Shown: positions 1 through 9,483, numbered from the stretch's first letter. The stretch: 64,000 nucleotides of DNA from Actinomycetota bacterium (GCA_018268515.1 JAFDWK010000020.1:16458-80457), one strand, 5' to 3'. Program-made: numbers and translations. Notes: a model not told the origin generated them from the sequence alone.

Positions 1-1
1 C

Positions 2-610
2 GGCCTCCGCCTGCTGCTGCATGCATGGGGCGTCACCGCGGCGCTCGTGCTCGGCGCGGTGCTGCCCGGCCCCGGCGCGATCCTGCTCGGTGCGGTGCTG
101 CTCTCGCTGACGGGCTGGCTCCTCACGCACGATGTCGCGCGCCGCACGGTCCGGTCCGCGGGCGTCACCCGCTACATGGCGGCATGCATGCTCGGCGGCT
201 ACGTCTGGCTCGCGATCGCCGGCGCGGTGCTGCTGCTCGGATCCCCGGTCTCCCAGCCGCGGTACGACGCTGTGGTGCACGCGGTGTTCCTCGGCTGGAC
301 GTTCTCGATGATCATGGCGCACGCGACGACGATCCTCCCCGCGGTCCTGCACGTCGTGGTGCCGTACCGGCCGGCGTTCTGGGCGCCGGCGGCCCTGCTG
401 CATCTGGCGCTGATCGTGCGGATCTGGTTGGGCGACGGACTCGGCATCACCGCCGCATGGCGCTGGGGAGGCGTGCTGGGTGTCGTCGCGCTGCTGCTGT
501 TCGCACTGACGGCACTGACGAGCGGGCTGCTCGGCGCGAAGAGGACCGCTGCGGAACGCGCGGGCGCGAAGGCGACCGCGACCAGGAGCCCGATCGAGGA
601 GAAGAGATGA
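2..610 (+). CDS. polytopic membrane protein, 5' end cut by the window edge
   Basis: The frame is open from base 2. It has hydrophobic TM-like segments (HAVFLGWTFSMIMAHATTILPAV). The stop TGA at 608-610 overlaps the ATG at 607 of the next gene (ATGA coupling). Confidence 0.5.
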   Translation, partial: GLRLLLHAWGVTAALVLGAVLPGPGAILLGAVLLSLTGWLLTHDVARRTVRSAGVTRYMAACMLGGYVWLAIAGAVLLLGSPVSQPRYDAVVHAVFLGWTFSMIMAHATTILPAVLHVVVPYRPAFWAPAALLHLALIVRIWLGDGLGITAAWRWGGVLGVVALLLFALTALTSGLLGAKRTAAERAGAKATATRSPIEEKR

Positions 611-3324
611 GGATCCCGACCCGACCGGAGCCGCGGGACGGCCGGGCGAGCGAGAAGGCGCCGGCGCGAGGATTCTGGTTCGCGCGCGACGTGCCCACCG
701 CCTTCTGGCTGCTGCTCACGGTGATGGCGGTCCTCGTGCACCGGCAGCTGCCGCAGTCCGGCTGGCTGATGATCCACCTGCTCCTGCTCGGCGCGGTCAC
801 GCACGCGATCCTGGTGTGGAGTCAGTACTTCTCCTTCGCGCTGCTGCGCCGGGCGGTGACGCACACCGACCGCCGGACGCAGAACATCCGCCTCGCGCTG
901 TCGAACGCGGCCGTGGTGCTGGTGCTGCTGGGGGTGCTGCTCGCGATCTGGCCGCTGTCGCTGCTCGGCGCGGCCGCGCTCATCGTCGCCGTCCTCTGGC
1001 ACGCGGCGAGCCTGGTGCGCCGGCTCCGCGGCAGCCTCCCGGGCCGGTTCGGCCGCACAGTCCGGTACTACGTCGCCGCGGCCGGGATGCTGGCGCTCGG
1101 CGCGGCGCTGGGCGGCTGGCTCGCGCGCGGAGACGCCGCACCCCGCCTCGTCCTCGCCCATGCGCTGCTGAACGTGCTCGGCTGGATCGGCCTCGCCGTC
1201 GCCGGCACCGTCGTCACCCTGTGGCCGACGATCCTGCGCACGCGTGCCGACGCCGCCGCCGCCGTGGGGGCCGCACGCGCCCTGCCGCTGCTCGCCGCCG
1301 GCGTGCTCGTCGCCGCAGCCGGCGCGGCCTTCGCGGTGCTCCCGATCATCGCCCTGGGGCTGGCCGGGTATCTTGCCGGGCTCGGCATCATCGGCGTCTC
1401 CCTCGGGCGGGCCGCGCGCAGCAGGCCGCCGAGGTCGTACGCCGCACTGTCCGTCGGGCTCGCGCTGGTCTGGTGGGCGGGATGCGTGGTCGCGCTGATC
1501 GTCGCCCTGCTCGCGGCGAGCGTCGACGGCACCGGCCTCGCGGGCTTCCTGCCGGCGCTCGAGCAGATCGTGCCGTTCCTCGCCGCCGGCTTCGCGGCGC
1601 AGGTGCTGCTCGGGGCGCTCAGCTATCTCGTGCCGGTCGTGCTGGGCGGCGGACCCACGCCGGTGCGGGTCGGCACGTCGTGGTTCGATCGCGCCGGCGT
1701 GCTGCGGGTGACCGTGGCGAACACGGCGCTGGTGGTCTGCGCGCTGCCGGTGTCGAGTCTGACCAGGGTCGCCGCGTCGGTGCTGTACCTGGTGGCGATG
1801 GCGTCGTTCCTGGTCATCATGATGCTCGCGATGCGGGCGCAGCGTCGGGCCAAGGCCGAAGCGGGTGACCCCGCCCGTGCCGCGTCGGCCTCGCCGACTG
1901 TCCGCGGCCCGCGGACCCCGGAGGGGGAGCGGCCGCCCGAAAGCCGCGCGGGGCAGGCCGTGGCGGGGCTGCTCGCGGTGGTGCTCGTCGTCGCGGTCGG
2001 CGCGGCGGTGGATCCGCTCCCGTCCCGTGCGGGCGTCCAGGCGCAGGGCACCGCACAGAGCGACCCGAACGCCCCGGTGAAGACGGTCCAGGTGCACGCC
2101 GCCGACATGCGCTTCACGCCCGACCGGATCGAGGTCCCCGCCGGGACGCGGCTGGTGATCGAGCTCACCAACACCGACAAGGCGCAGGTGCACGACCTCG
2201 TCCTCGCCAACGGCACAGGCGGCACTCGGCTCTCACCCGGACAGTCCGCACGGATCGACGTGGGCGTGATCACGGCGGACGTGGACGGCTGGTGCTCCAT
2301 CATCGGGCATCGGCAGGCGGGGATGACCCTCACTGTCGTCGCGACGGGTGCCGGCGCGTCCGGCGGCGGCCAGGCCGCTCACAGCGGATCCGGATCCGGA
2401 TCCGGATCCGGTGCCGATGCCGGTCGCGGGGCCATGAGTGGCATGAGCGGGATGGGCCAGGCGACGCCGGGACCGGGATTCACCCCGCGCAGCGCGGTGC
2501 TGGATCCGCTGCCGCCCGCCGAGGGGCCCGTCACCCGTCGGGTCACGCTCACCGTGACCGACACGAAGACCGAGGTCGCCCCCGGCGTCGAGCAGACGCT
2601 GTGGACCTACAACGGCACGGCGCCGGGGCCGACCCTGCACGGCCGGGTGGGGGACACCTTCGTGGTCACCCTCGTCAACCACGGCACGATGGGGCACTCC
2701 ATCGACTTCCATGCCGGCTCGCTCGCCCCGGACCGGCCGATGCGCACCATCGCACCGGGGCAGAGCCTGACCTACACGTTCACCGCCACGCGAGCGGGGA
2801 TCTGGGCGTACCACTGCTCGACCATGCCGATGTCGGCGCACATGGCGAACGGCATGATCGGCGCTGTCGTGATCGAACCGCCCGATCTCGCCCCCGTCGA
2901 CCGCAGCTACGTGCTCGTGCAGAGCGAGTTCTACCTCGGAGCGCAAGGCGGCGAGGTCGATGTCGACAAGGTCGACGCAGACACCCCGGATCTGGTCGTG
3001 TTCAACGGCTACGCGAACCAGTACGATCACGCGCCCCTCGTGGCGAAGGTCGGTGAACGCGTGCGGGTGTGGGTGCTCGACGCGGGGCCGAACAGGGCGA
3101 CCGGCTTCCACGTCGTCGGCGGGCAGTTCGACACGGTGTGGGCCGAGGGTGCATTCCTGCTGGACCATTCGCCGAACACCGGCTCACAGGTGCTGGCGCT
3201 CGCGCCGGCGCAGGGAGGGTACGTCGAGCTCGCCTTCCCCGAGGCCGGCGATTACCCGTTCGTCTCGCACTACATGATCGATGCGGAACGGGGCGCGCAT
3301 GGGGTCTTCGCCGTGGCGCCCTGA
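607..3324 (+). CDS. nirK: membrane-anchored copper-containing nitrite reductase (NirK-type multicopper oxidase) with an N-terminal polytopic membrane domain and an extra cupredoxin domain
   Basis: The C-terminal core carries NirK copper-ligand motifs: HSIDFH, YHCSTMPMSAHMANGM, FHVVGGQFD and SHYMIDAERGAHG. The internal cupredoxin-like domain has VHD...WCSIIGHRQAGM. About 430 aa at the N-terminus are TM-rich. I chose ATG 607 over ORF-track start 25 because residues 1-194 of the track ORF are Arg-rich and overlap the better frame-2 ORF. Confidence 0.8.
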   Translation: MRIPTRPEPRDGRASEKAPARGFWFARDVPTAFWLLLTVMAVLVHRQLPQSGWLMIHLLLLGAVTHAILVWSQYFSFALLRRAVTHTDRRTQNIRLALSNAAVVLVLLGVLLAIWPLSLLGAAALIVAVLWHAASLVRRLRGSLPGRFGRTVRYYVAAAGMLALGAALGGWLARGDAAPRLVLAHALLNVLGWIGLAVAGTVVTLWPTILRTRADAAAAVGAARALPLLAAGVLVAAAGAAFAVLPIIALGLAGYLAGLGIIGVSLGRAARSRPPRSYAALSVGLALVWWAGCVVALIVALLAASVDGTGLAGFLPALEQIVPFLAAGFAAQVLLGALSYLVPVVLGGGPTPVRVGTSWFDRAGVLRVTVANTALVVCALPVSSLTRVAASVLYLVAMASFLVIMMLAMRAQRRAKAEAGDPARAASASPTVRGPRTPEGERPPESRAGQAVAGLLAVVLVVAVGAAVDPLPSRAGVQAQGTAQSDPNAPVKTVQVHAADMRFTPDRIEVPAGTRLVIELTNTDKAQVHDLVLANGTGGTRLSPGQSARIDVGVITADVDGWCSIIGHRQAGMTLTVVATGAGASGGGQAAHSGSGSGSGSGADAGRGAMSGMSGMGQATPGPGFTPRSAVLDPLPPAEGPVTRRVTLTVTDTKTEVAPGVEQTLWTYNGTAPGPTLHGRVGDTFVVTLVNHGTMGHSIDFHAGSLAPDRPMRTIAPGQSLTYTFTATRAGIWAYHCSTMPMSAHMANGMIGAVVIEPPDLAPVDRSYVLVQSEFYLGAQGGEVDVDKVDADTPDLVVFNGYANQYDHAPLVAKVGERVRVWVLDAGPNRATGFHVVGGQFDTVWAEGAFLLDHSPNTGSQVLALAPAQGGYVELAFPEAGDYPFVSHYMIDAERGAHGVFAVAP
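2386..2409 (+). repeat. (GGATCC)x4 hexanucleotide microsatellite encoding a (Gly-Ser)4 linker inside nirK
   Basis: Four perfect head-to-tail GGATCC units were read directly; they translate as GSGSGSGS. Confidence 0.95.
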
Positions 3325-3385
3325 TCCGGCGCGTCGATCGTGTCGAGCCGCCCGCGTGCCTGGCGGCGGGCATTAGCGTGGTGAC

Positions 3386-4159
3386 ATGACCAGCACTGCA
3401 GACAAGGCCCGCACCCTCGCCGCGCTCTACGCGGCACCCGAGATCCTCCGCGTCGTGAACGTGTGGGACGTCGTCTCCGCCCGCGCGATCGCCGCTGTGC
3501 CCGAGACCACGGCCATCGCCACCGCCGGGCACTCCATCGCCGCCTCCTACGGCTATGCGGACGGTGCCATCCCGCGCGAGCTGATGCTCGACATGGTCGG
3601 CCGCATCGCCGCCGCGGTCGAGCTGCCGGTGACCGCCGACCTCGACGACGGCTACGGCGATGCGGGGGAGACGGTGCGCCTCGCCATCGGCGCGGGCGTC
3701 GTCGGCGCGAACGTCGAGGACCGGCTGCGTCCGCTCGCCGAAGCCGTGGCGAACGTCGAGGCGATGATCCGAGCCGGTGAGGCGGAGGGCGTGCCTTTCG
3801 TGCTCAACGCCCGCACCGACGCCTTCGTGCGCGGCGGCGGCCGCCCCGCGGAGGAGTCTCTCGCCGATGCGATCGAACGCGGCTGCGCCTTCCTCGACGC
3901 CGGTGCCACCGCGGTCTTCGTGCCGGGCATCCTCGACGCCGACACCACCCGCGCGCTCGTCGACGGCATCGGGCACGGCAAACTCAGCGTGATCGGCCTG
4001 CCCGGGGCGCTCACCTCGACCGAGTACGAGGCTCTGGGCGTCGCCCGCATCTCCTACGGCCCGATGCCTCAGCGCGTCGCGCTCACCGCGCTGCAGGACA
4101 ACGCCGCCGAGATCTACGCCGGCGGGATCATCCCGGCGGGCACCCGCGCGCTGAACTGA
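3386..4159 (+). CDS. isocitrate lyase / PEP mutase family protein (2-methylisocitrate lyase-like)
   Basis: The translation shows family-typical blocks: VVNVWDVVSA, VTADLDDGYGD and GANVEDR. Confidence 0.7.
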   Translation: MTSTADKARTLAALYAAPEILRVVNVWDVVSARAIAAVPETTAIATAGHSIAASYGYADGAIPRELMLDMVGRIAAAVELPVTADLDDGYGDAGETVRLAIGAGVVGANVEDRLRPLAEAVANVEAMIRAGEAEGVPFVLNARTDAFVRGGGRPAEESLADAIERGCAFLDAGATAVFVPGILDADTTRALVDGIGHGKLSVIGLPGALTSTEYEALGVARISYGPMPQRVALTALQDNAAEIYAGGIIPAGTRALN

Positions 4160-4206
4160 GGTGCGCGACAGGCCTGCATCATCGGTGATGCGCGTATGAT
4201 GCGAAC

Positions 4207-4440
4207 ATGCGCACCACTGTCGATCTTCCTCCGCGCACCCACGAACGTGCTCGTGCGCTGGCGAGGGAACGGGGCATCTCCGTCTCGGCGATGGTGGCCG
4301 AGCTCACCGCACGCGGACTCGCGCAGTTCGACGAGCCGCTGACCGTGCTCCGTGACGAGCTGACGGGGCTCCCGGTCATCTCGCTCGGACGTCGGATCAC
4401 GTCCGAACAGGTCGCGAATCTTCTCGATGACGACGCCTGA
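4207..4440 (+). CDS. vapB: type II antitoxin, ribbon-helix-helix/VapB-like
   Basis: It is a 77-aa ORF (MRTTVDLPPRTHERARALARERGISVSAMVAEL) that overlaps the downstream PIN toxin gene by 14 bp. Confidence 0.7.
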   Translation: MRTTVDLPPRTHERARALARERGISVSAMVAELTARGLAQFDEPLTVLRDELTGLPVISLGRRITSEQVANLLDDDA

Positions 4441-4858
4441 CTCTTCGGACGTTCCCGCGGGCGGGTACCTGCTGGACGCGAATGTGCTCATCGCACTGGT
4501 GGTCGTCGAGCACGAGCATCACGAGATCGTACGGCGCTGGTTCACCGAGGTCGACAGGACCTGGTTGTGCTCTCTCGTCGAAGGATCGCTGATCCGCTTC
4601 CTCCTGCGCATCGGCGAGAGCGCGACCGTGGCGCAGGCCGTGCTCACGATGTTGGCGGACGAGCCGAAGGTCGAGTTCTTGACGATCTCGCCGTCCTATC
4701 GAGACGTCGACCTCGGCGGGATCCGTGGACATCGCCAGGTGACCGACGTGTATCTCGCAGGACTGGCCGCATCGCACGGGCTGCGGCTCGCGACCCTGGA
4801 CCGCGCGCTCGCCGAGCTGCGCCCGGTGCACACCTCTCTGATTCAAGGACGACCGTGA
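4427..4858 (+). CDS. vapC: PIN-domain ribonuclease toxin (VapC family)
   Basis: The N-terminus has the YLLDANVLIAL acidic motif. A later TDVYLAGLA...LATLD block is typical of PIN/VapC. It pairs with the upstream antitoxin. Confidence 0.75.
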   Translation: MTTPDSSDVPAGGYLLDANVLIALVVVEHEHHEIVRRWFTEVDRTWLCSLVEGSLIRFLLRIGESATVAQAVLTMLADEPKVEFLTISPSYRDVDLGGIRGHRQVTDVYLAGLAASHGLRLATLDRALAELRPVHTSLIQGRP

Positions 4859-4947
4859 CACGCACTCGGTGCGAACTGAGGCCGTAGCGCGGCCCTGTCC
4901 GTGCAACCCCGCACGGACAGGGCGATCGCCGTCACTAGACTTGCCTG

Positions 4948-6702
4948 GTGGTCACTCGTCTCTCGAACTTCTTCCTCCGCACGCTCCGCGAAGACCCGGC
5001 CGGCGCCGAGGTCGCGAGCCACAAGCTGCTGATCCGCGCCGGATACATCCGACCGCAGGCGGCCGGCATCTTCGCATGGCTGCCGCTGGGACTGCGCGTG
5101 AAGGCGAAGATCGAGACCGTCGTCCGCGAGGAGATGGCGGCGGCGGGTGCGCAGGAGGTGCACTTCCCGGCCCTCATGCCGCGTGAGGCATACGAGGCGA
5201 CGGGTCGCTGGGAGGAGTACGGCGACCTGCTCTTCCGCCTCCAGGACCGCAAGGGCGGCGACTACCTGCTCGCCCCCACGCACGAGGAGGCGTTCACCCT
5301 CCTCGTGAAGGACCTGTACTCGTCGTACAAGGATCTGCCGCTGACGATCTACCAGATCCAGGACAAGTACCGTGACGAGGCGCGTCCCCGTGCGGGCCTC
5401 CTGCGCGGCCGCGAGTTCACGATGAAGGACGCCTACTCGTTCGACGCGAGCGACGCCGGCCTCGACGCCAGCTACCAGGCGCAGCGCGACGCGTACGAGC
5501 GCATCTTCCAGCGCCTGGGCCTCGAGTACGTCATCGTGCAGGCCGACGCCGGTGCCATGGGCGGATCCCGCAGCGAGGAGTTCCTGCACCCGACCCCCGT
5601 CGGCGAGGACACCTTCGTGCGCTCGAGCGGCGGCTATGCGGCGAACGTCGAGGCGTACACGACGGCTGTCCCCGAGCCCATCCCGTTCGACGCGGACGGC
5701 GCCCCTGTGGTCTTCGACTCCCCGGACACGCCCACGATCGAGACGCTCGTGGCGCACTCCAACGCGCACCTGGACGGCGAGTACACGGCTGCCGACACGC
5801 TGAAGAACGTCGTGCTCGCGCTGACCCACCTCGACGGCACCCGTGAGCTGGTCGTGGTCGGCGTCCCCGGCGATCGCGAGGTCGACGAGAAGCGCGCGGA
5901 GGTGGCCTTCGCTCCGGCCGAGGTCGAGCCCGCCACCGCCGACGACTTCGAGAAGCACCCGCTGCTGGTCAAGGGCTACATCGGCCCCTGGTCGCCCGCC
6001 GGAGCGATCCTCGGCGAGGAGTCGGCCACCGGGATCCGCTACCTCCTGGACCCTCGTGTCGTCGAGGGCACGAGCTGGATCACCGGTGCGAACATCGACC
6101 AGAAGCACGCGCACTCCGTCGTCGCCGGGCGCGACTTCGCCGCCGACGGCATCGTCGAGATCGCGAACGTGCGCGAGGGCGATCCGGCGCCCGACGGATC
6201 CGGCCCGGTGCACCTCGCCCGCGGCATGGAGATCGGCCACGTCTTCCAGCTCGGTCGCAAGTATGCCGAGGCCCTGGGACTGAAGGTGCTCGACGAGAAC
6301 GGCAAGCTCGTGACCGTCACCATGGGCTCCTACGGCATCGGCGTGACCCGGATCCTCGCGATCATCGCCGAGCTCAACAACGACGAGAAGGGCCTCATCT
6401 GGCCGGCGTCGGTGGCGCCGTTCGACGTGCACGTCGTGGCCGCAGGCCGTGAGCAGGTCGCCTTCGACGTGGCCGAGGACGTCGCCGCCCGGCTCGAGGC
6501 CGCAGGCCTCGATGTGCTCTATGACGACCGCCCCAAGGTCTCGCCCGGCGTCAAGTTCGGCGACGCCGAGCTCGTCGGCGTGCCGCGCGTGCTCGTCGTG
6601 GGCCGGGGCGCGGCCGACGGGCAGATCGAGCTGTGGGACCGTCGCACCGGCGAGCGCGACACGGTCTCGATCGAGGAGGCGCTGCAGGCGCTGGCGCGCT
6701 GA
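4948..6702 (+). CDS. proS: proline--tRNA ligase
   Basis: GTG start. The N-terminus [28 protein letters not shown] and the class II aaRS blocks ([20 protein letters not shown]) match bacterial ProS with an editing insertion. Confidence 0.95.
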   Translation: MVTRLSNFFLRTLREDPAGAEVASHKLLIRAGYIRPQAAGIFAWLPLGLRVKAKIETVVREEMAAAGAQEVHFPALMPREAYEATGRWEEYGDLLFRLQDRKGGDYLLAPTHEEAFTLLVKDLYSSYKDLPLTIYQIQDKYRDEARPRAGLLRGREFTMKDAYSFDASDAGLDASYQAQRDAYERIFQRLGLEYVIVQADAGAMGGSRSEEFLHPTPVGEDTFVRSSGGYAANVEAYTTAVPEPIPFDADGAPVVFDSPDTPTIETLVAHSNAHLDGEYTAADTLKNVVLALTHLDGTRELVVVGVPGDREVDEKRAEVAFAPAEVEPATADDFEKHPLLVKGYIGPWSPAGAILGEESATGIRYLLDPRVVEGTSWITGANIDQKHAHSVVAGRDFAADGIVEIANVREGDPAPDGSGPVHLARGMEIGHVFQLGRKYAEALGLKVLDENGKLVTVTMGSYGIGVTRILAIIAELNNDEKGLIWPASVAPFDVHVVAAGREQVAFDVAEDVAARLEAAGLDVLYDDRPKVSPGVKFGDAELVGVPRVLVVGRGAADGQIELWDRRTGERDTVSIEEALQALAR

Positions 6703-6716
6703 GTCGCTGGTCGCCC

Positions 6717-6749
6717 AGGGCCCGGGACGGATCCGTCCGCCCGGGCCCT
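6717..6749 (+). terminator. GC-rich hairpin downstream of proS
   Basis: AGGGCCCGGG...CCCGGGCCCT forms a 10-bp outer stem, with an inner ACGGA/TCCGT pairing. It lies 15 nt after the proS stop. The T-tract is weak. Confidence 0.5.
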
Positions 6750-6857
6750 TGGCGTCCATGTGCGGTCGCGAGGTCGGCGACCCGACGTCCTCCGTGTCAG
6801 CACCCGTTTCCGGTGCACGTCCTTCCGTGGCGCATCCGGGCGCGGGATGATGGCGCC

Positions 6858-8147
6858 ATGAGCAGTTTCCTGCTGACCGCGATGCCGTTCACCGGGCATG
6901 TGGCGCCGATGACCGCGATCGCGGGGGAGCTGGTGCGGCGTGGCCACGACGTGCGGTTCTACACCGGATCCCGGTTCCGCGCCCGGGTCGAGGCGGTCGG
7001 GGCGCGGCTGGTGCCCTGGCGGCAGGCCCCCGATTTCGACGAGACCGACCTCGCCGCGACTTTTCCGCGGCTGATCGGCAAGAAAGGTGTACGGCAGCTC
7101 CTGGTCAACATGGTCGACTGCTTCATCCGCACTGCGCCGGCGCAGGTCGCCGACCTCGTGACCGAGTGGCATCGGGATCCCTGGGATGCGCTCGCGGCGG
7201 ATGAGACCTCGGTCGGCGCGGTGCTGTTCAGCGAGACGATGCACCATCCCTGGAGCACGGTCGCGGTGCTGCCGTTGAACTTGCTCGGGCCCGCGGGCCC
7301 GCCGAGCGGAATGGGCCTGCGCCCCGGCAACACCGCGGTCACGAGGGTGCGGGATGCGGTGCTCCGCGGGCTCGTCCCGGCGCTGTCGCGTCCCCTGGTG
7401 CGCGCGCTCGACGAGGCGGAGCATGCCGTCGGCCTCGAGGCGCGCGGCTGGAGCCTGGACCGGCTGGTGTTCTCGCCGACGCTGATCCTCGCCAGCGGCG
7501 CACCCGCGCTCGACTACGACCGTGCCGATCGTCCGGAGCACGTGCACTTCGTCGGCGAGCTCGCGACCCGTACGAGGGCCACACCGGCGGTGCCACTGCC
7601 GTCATGGTGGGCCGACCTCGATGGCCGCCGGGTGGTGCTGGTCACGCAGGGCACCCTGAACACCGACCCGGAGGACCTGGTCCGCCCCGCGTTGCAGGCC
7701 CTCGACGGACGGGACATGATCGTCGTGGCCACGACCGGTGTGCCCGGCCGCGACGGGCTGTCGTTCCCCGTCCCGGCGAACACGCGCGTCATCGGCATCG
7801 CGCCGTTCGCCGATCTGCTGCCGCGGCTCGACCTCGCGATCACGAACGGCGGCTGGGGTGGCACGCTCGCCACGCTCGCGCAGGGCATCCCGCTGGTGAT
7901 CGCCGGGGGAGACCTGGATAAGCCAGAGGTCGCCGCGCGGGTGGCGTTCACCGGCGCCGGGGTGAACCTGCGCACCGGAACCCCCTCGGCCGGCGCGGTC
8001 GGGGCAGCGGTGGACCGCGTCCTGGGGGAGGGGGGCTTCCGAGATTCCGCCACGCGGGTCGGCTCCGAGTTGCGCGCCCTCGGCGGGGCGGCGCACGCGG
8101 CCGATCTCCTCGAACGAACTGCTCGGGCGTCGGTCAGTCCGTCGTGA
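6858..8147 (+). CDS. MGT-family (UDP-glycosyltransferase, GT1) glycosyltransferase
   Basis: I chose the internal ATG at 6858 (MSSFLLTAMPFTGHVAPM...). The C-terminal nucleotide-sugar motif is TNGGWGGTLATLAQGIPLV. The upstream part of the track ORF overlaps proS and is Arg-rich. Confidence 0.75.
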   Translation: MSSFLLTAMPFTGHVAPMTAIAGELVRRGHDVRFYTGSRFRARVEAVGARLVPWRQAPDFDETDLAATFPRLIGKKGVRQLLVNMVDCFIRTAPAQVADLVTEWHRDPWDALAADETSVGAVLFSETMHHPWSTVAVLPLNLLGPAGPPSGMGLRPGNTAVTRVRDAVLRGLVPALSRPLVRALDEAEHAVGLEARGWSLDRLVFSPTLILASGAPALDYDRADRPEHVHFVGELATRTRATPAVPLPSWWADLDGRRVVLVTQGTLNTDPEDLVRPALQALDGRDMIVVATTGVPGRDGLSFPVPANTRVIGIAPFADLLPRLDLAITNGGWGGTLATLAQGIPLVIAGGDLDKPEVAARVAFTGAGVNLRTGTPSAGAVGAAVDRVLGEGGFRDSATRVGSELRALGGAAHAADLLERTARASVSPS

Positions 8148-8736
8148 ACTCGCACCGCAGGGCGAGCGACGCGTACGACAGGATGTTCGCGCGATACGTG
8201 GCCGCGCCGTGCTCGAGCCCGATCAGCGGATACAGGTCGTAGGCGTCCTCCAGCGCGACGATGTTGCGGGCGATCACGGTGAGCCCGGCGGCCGGGCGGA
8301 ACGCGCCGAGAGCCGCCCCGATCTCGATCGTGGAGCGGTACAGGCTCACCTGGCGCTCCACGATCGACCGGTGCAGCGGTCGGTACTGCGGCTGCTCGCG
8401 CAGCAGCGGGATGCTCTCGTAGGCCATCCGCAGATGGTCGCTGATCTCGTCGGGCACACCCGCCTCGACGAGCTTTGCGAGCCGGCGCACCGGATCCGGT
8501 TCCTGCTCGGCGATCACCCGGCGGTGCTCGTACATCTCCTCCAGCACGCCCTCGACGGTCGCGTACATCAGCTCGTCGAAGCTCGGGAAGTAGTAGAGCA
8601 CGCTGCCGGCGCTCACCGAGGCCTCGGCCGCCACCGCGCGCACGTTGGTGGCAGTCAGCCCGCTGCGGCCGGCGACCCGGCGGGTGGCCGAGATGAGCTC
8701 GGCGCGCCGCGCGCTGTGCTTGTGCGGTGCCGGCAC
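8134..8736 (-). CDS. TetR family transcriptional regulator
   Basis: The N-terminal HTH is RRAELISATRRVAGRSGLTATNVRAVAAEASVSAGSVLYYF. The protein is 200 aa. Confidence 0.85.
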   Translation of the reverse strand: MPAPHKHSARRAELISATRRVAGRSGLTATNVRAVAAEASVSAGSVLYYFPSFDELMYATVEGVLEEMYEHRRVIAEQEPDPVRRLAKLVEAGVPDEISDHLRMAYESIPLLREQPQYRPLHRSIVERQVSLYRSTIEIGAALGAFRPAAGLTVIARNIVALEDAYDLYPLIGLEHGAATYRANILSYASLALRCEFTTD

Positions 8737-8791
8737 GGCGACCCCTTTCCTGCGGACGGCCGGAGTCGTCCACGGATCGTGCGGACCCGGC

Positions 8792-9208
8792 TCAGGACTC
8801 GTCGTCCACGACCACCGTGGTCAGCTCAGCATAGTGCTGGGGATTGCGTACCTTGAGCACGAAGCCGATCACGGCGATCGCGGCGACGGCCTGGGCGAAC
8901 ACGAGCCCCGCGACCCCCACCGAGTACACCGGCAGCGCGAAGTCGAGGAACGGATCCGCGCCGGCGGCGAGCGTGATCACGATGGCGGCGAGCGAGATGA
9001 CGCTCATCACGAGGCTGGCGTGATGCTGGGTCTTGATCTGCGTGCGGGCAAGCCAAGCGGGCAGCAGCCGCTCACGGCCGATCGAGAACAGATAGCGCGT
9101 GCACGCGTTGTGGAAGGCGAGGCGGCGGGCGAGCGCGGTGCCGCCGGTGAGCGCGGGGTCGGCCGGGGCGGTCACCGCGGAATCTACGGGGGAAGGTCGA
9201 GACATCAT
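8792..9208 (-). pseudogene. C-terminal remnant of an APC-family amino acid permease
   Basis: Only about 110 aa resemble the last TM helices of APC transporters (YLFSIGRERLLPAWLART...HHASLVMSVISLAAIV). A full-length APC permease would be about 450-500 aa. The upstream sequence is replaced by a tandem repeat. Confidence 0.55.
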
Positions 9209-9230
9209 CGGCTCCTGGTTCGATCCGCCG

Positions 9231-9370
9231 TGGCGTGCCGTGGCGTGCCGTGGCGTGCCGTGGCGTGCCGTGGCGTGCCGTGGCGTGCCGTGGCGTGCCG
9301 TGGCGTGCCGTGGCGTGCCGTGGCGTGCCGTGCCGTGCCGTGGCGTGGCGTGGCGTGGCGTGGCGTCGGG
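9231..9370. repeat. 10-bp tandem repeat array (TGGCGTGCCG x10 perfect, plus 4 degenerate units)
   Basis: Read directly. There are ten identical units at 9231-9330, followed by TGCCGTGCCG, TGGCGTGGCG x2 and TGGCGTCGGG. Confidence 0.97.
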
Positions 9371-9449
9371 TCGGCGACGGGGCTTGAACAGTGACTCAAG
9401 AGTATTAAGTCGATGCTGTCATGCAGAAATGTAGGATCTGTCCTAGACT

Positions 9450-9467
9450 TCTGAACAATCGTTCAGA
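9450..9467. promoter_or_regulatory. perfect palindrome TCTGAAC-AATC-GTTCAGA in a locally AT-rich stretch (candidate operator)
   Basis: A 7-bp inverted repeat with a 4-bp spacer, read directly. It sits in a ~100-bp low-GC segment (9381-9480) that also holds two shorter palindromes, CTTGA..TCAAG and TAGGA..TCCTA. Confidence 0.35.
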
Positions 9468-9483
9468 GCAGATCGGAGACGTC

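Noticed and set aside
25-606. The N-terminal 194 aa of the 1099-aa track ORF, i.e. an extension of the NirK fusion
   Set aside because: The translation is Arg/Ala-rich and low in complexity. It overlaps a much more protein-like frame-2 membrane ORF (2-610). ATG 607 gives an ATGA coupling junction.
199-2193. A 664-aa minus-strand ORF antisense to the nirK fusion
   Set aside because: This is the classic high-GC antisense artefact. Its composition is dominated by Arg/Gly/Pro/Asp, it shows no motifs, and it shares third-codon positions with the real plus-strand gene.
9140-9230. A tRNA-like GGTTCGATCC (T-arm-like) string near 9214
   Set aside because: The flanking sequence offers no complementary acceptor stem, D-arm or anticodon arm.
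9231-9370. Possible CRISPR array
   Set aside because: The units are only 10 bp long and directly abutting, with no spacers. No cas genes are present in the window.
9205-9434. ORFs translating the 10-bp array (WRAVACRGVP or ATPRHG periodic peptides)
   Set aside because: The periodicity is a by-product of a 10-bp DNA repeat read in rotating frames. There is no ribosome-binding site and no non-repeat domain.
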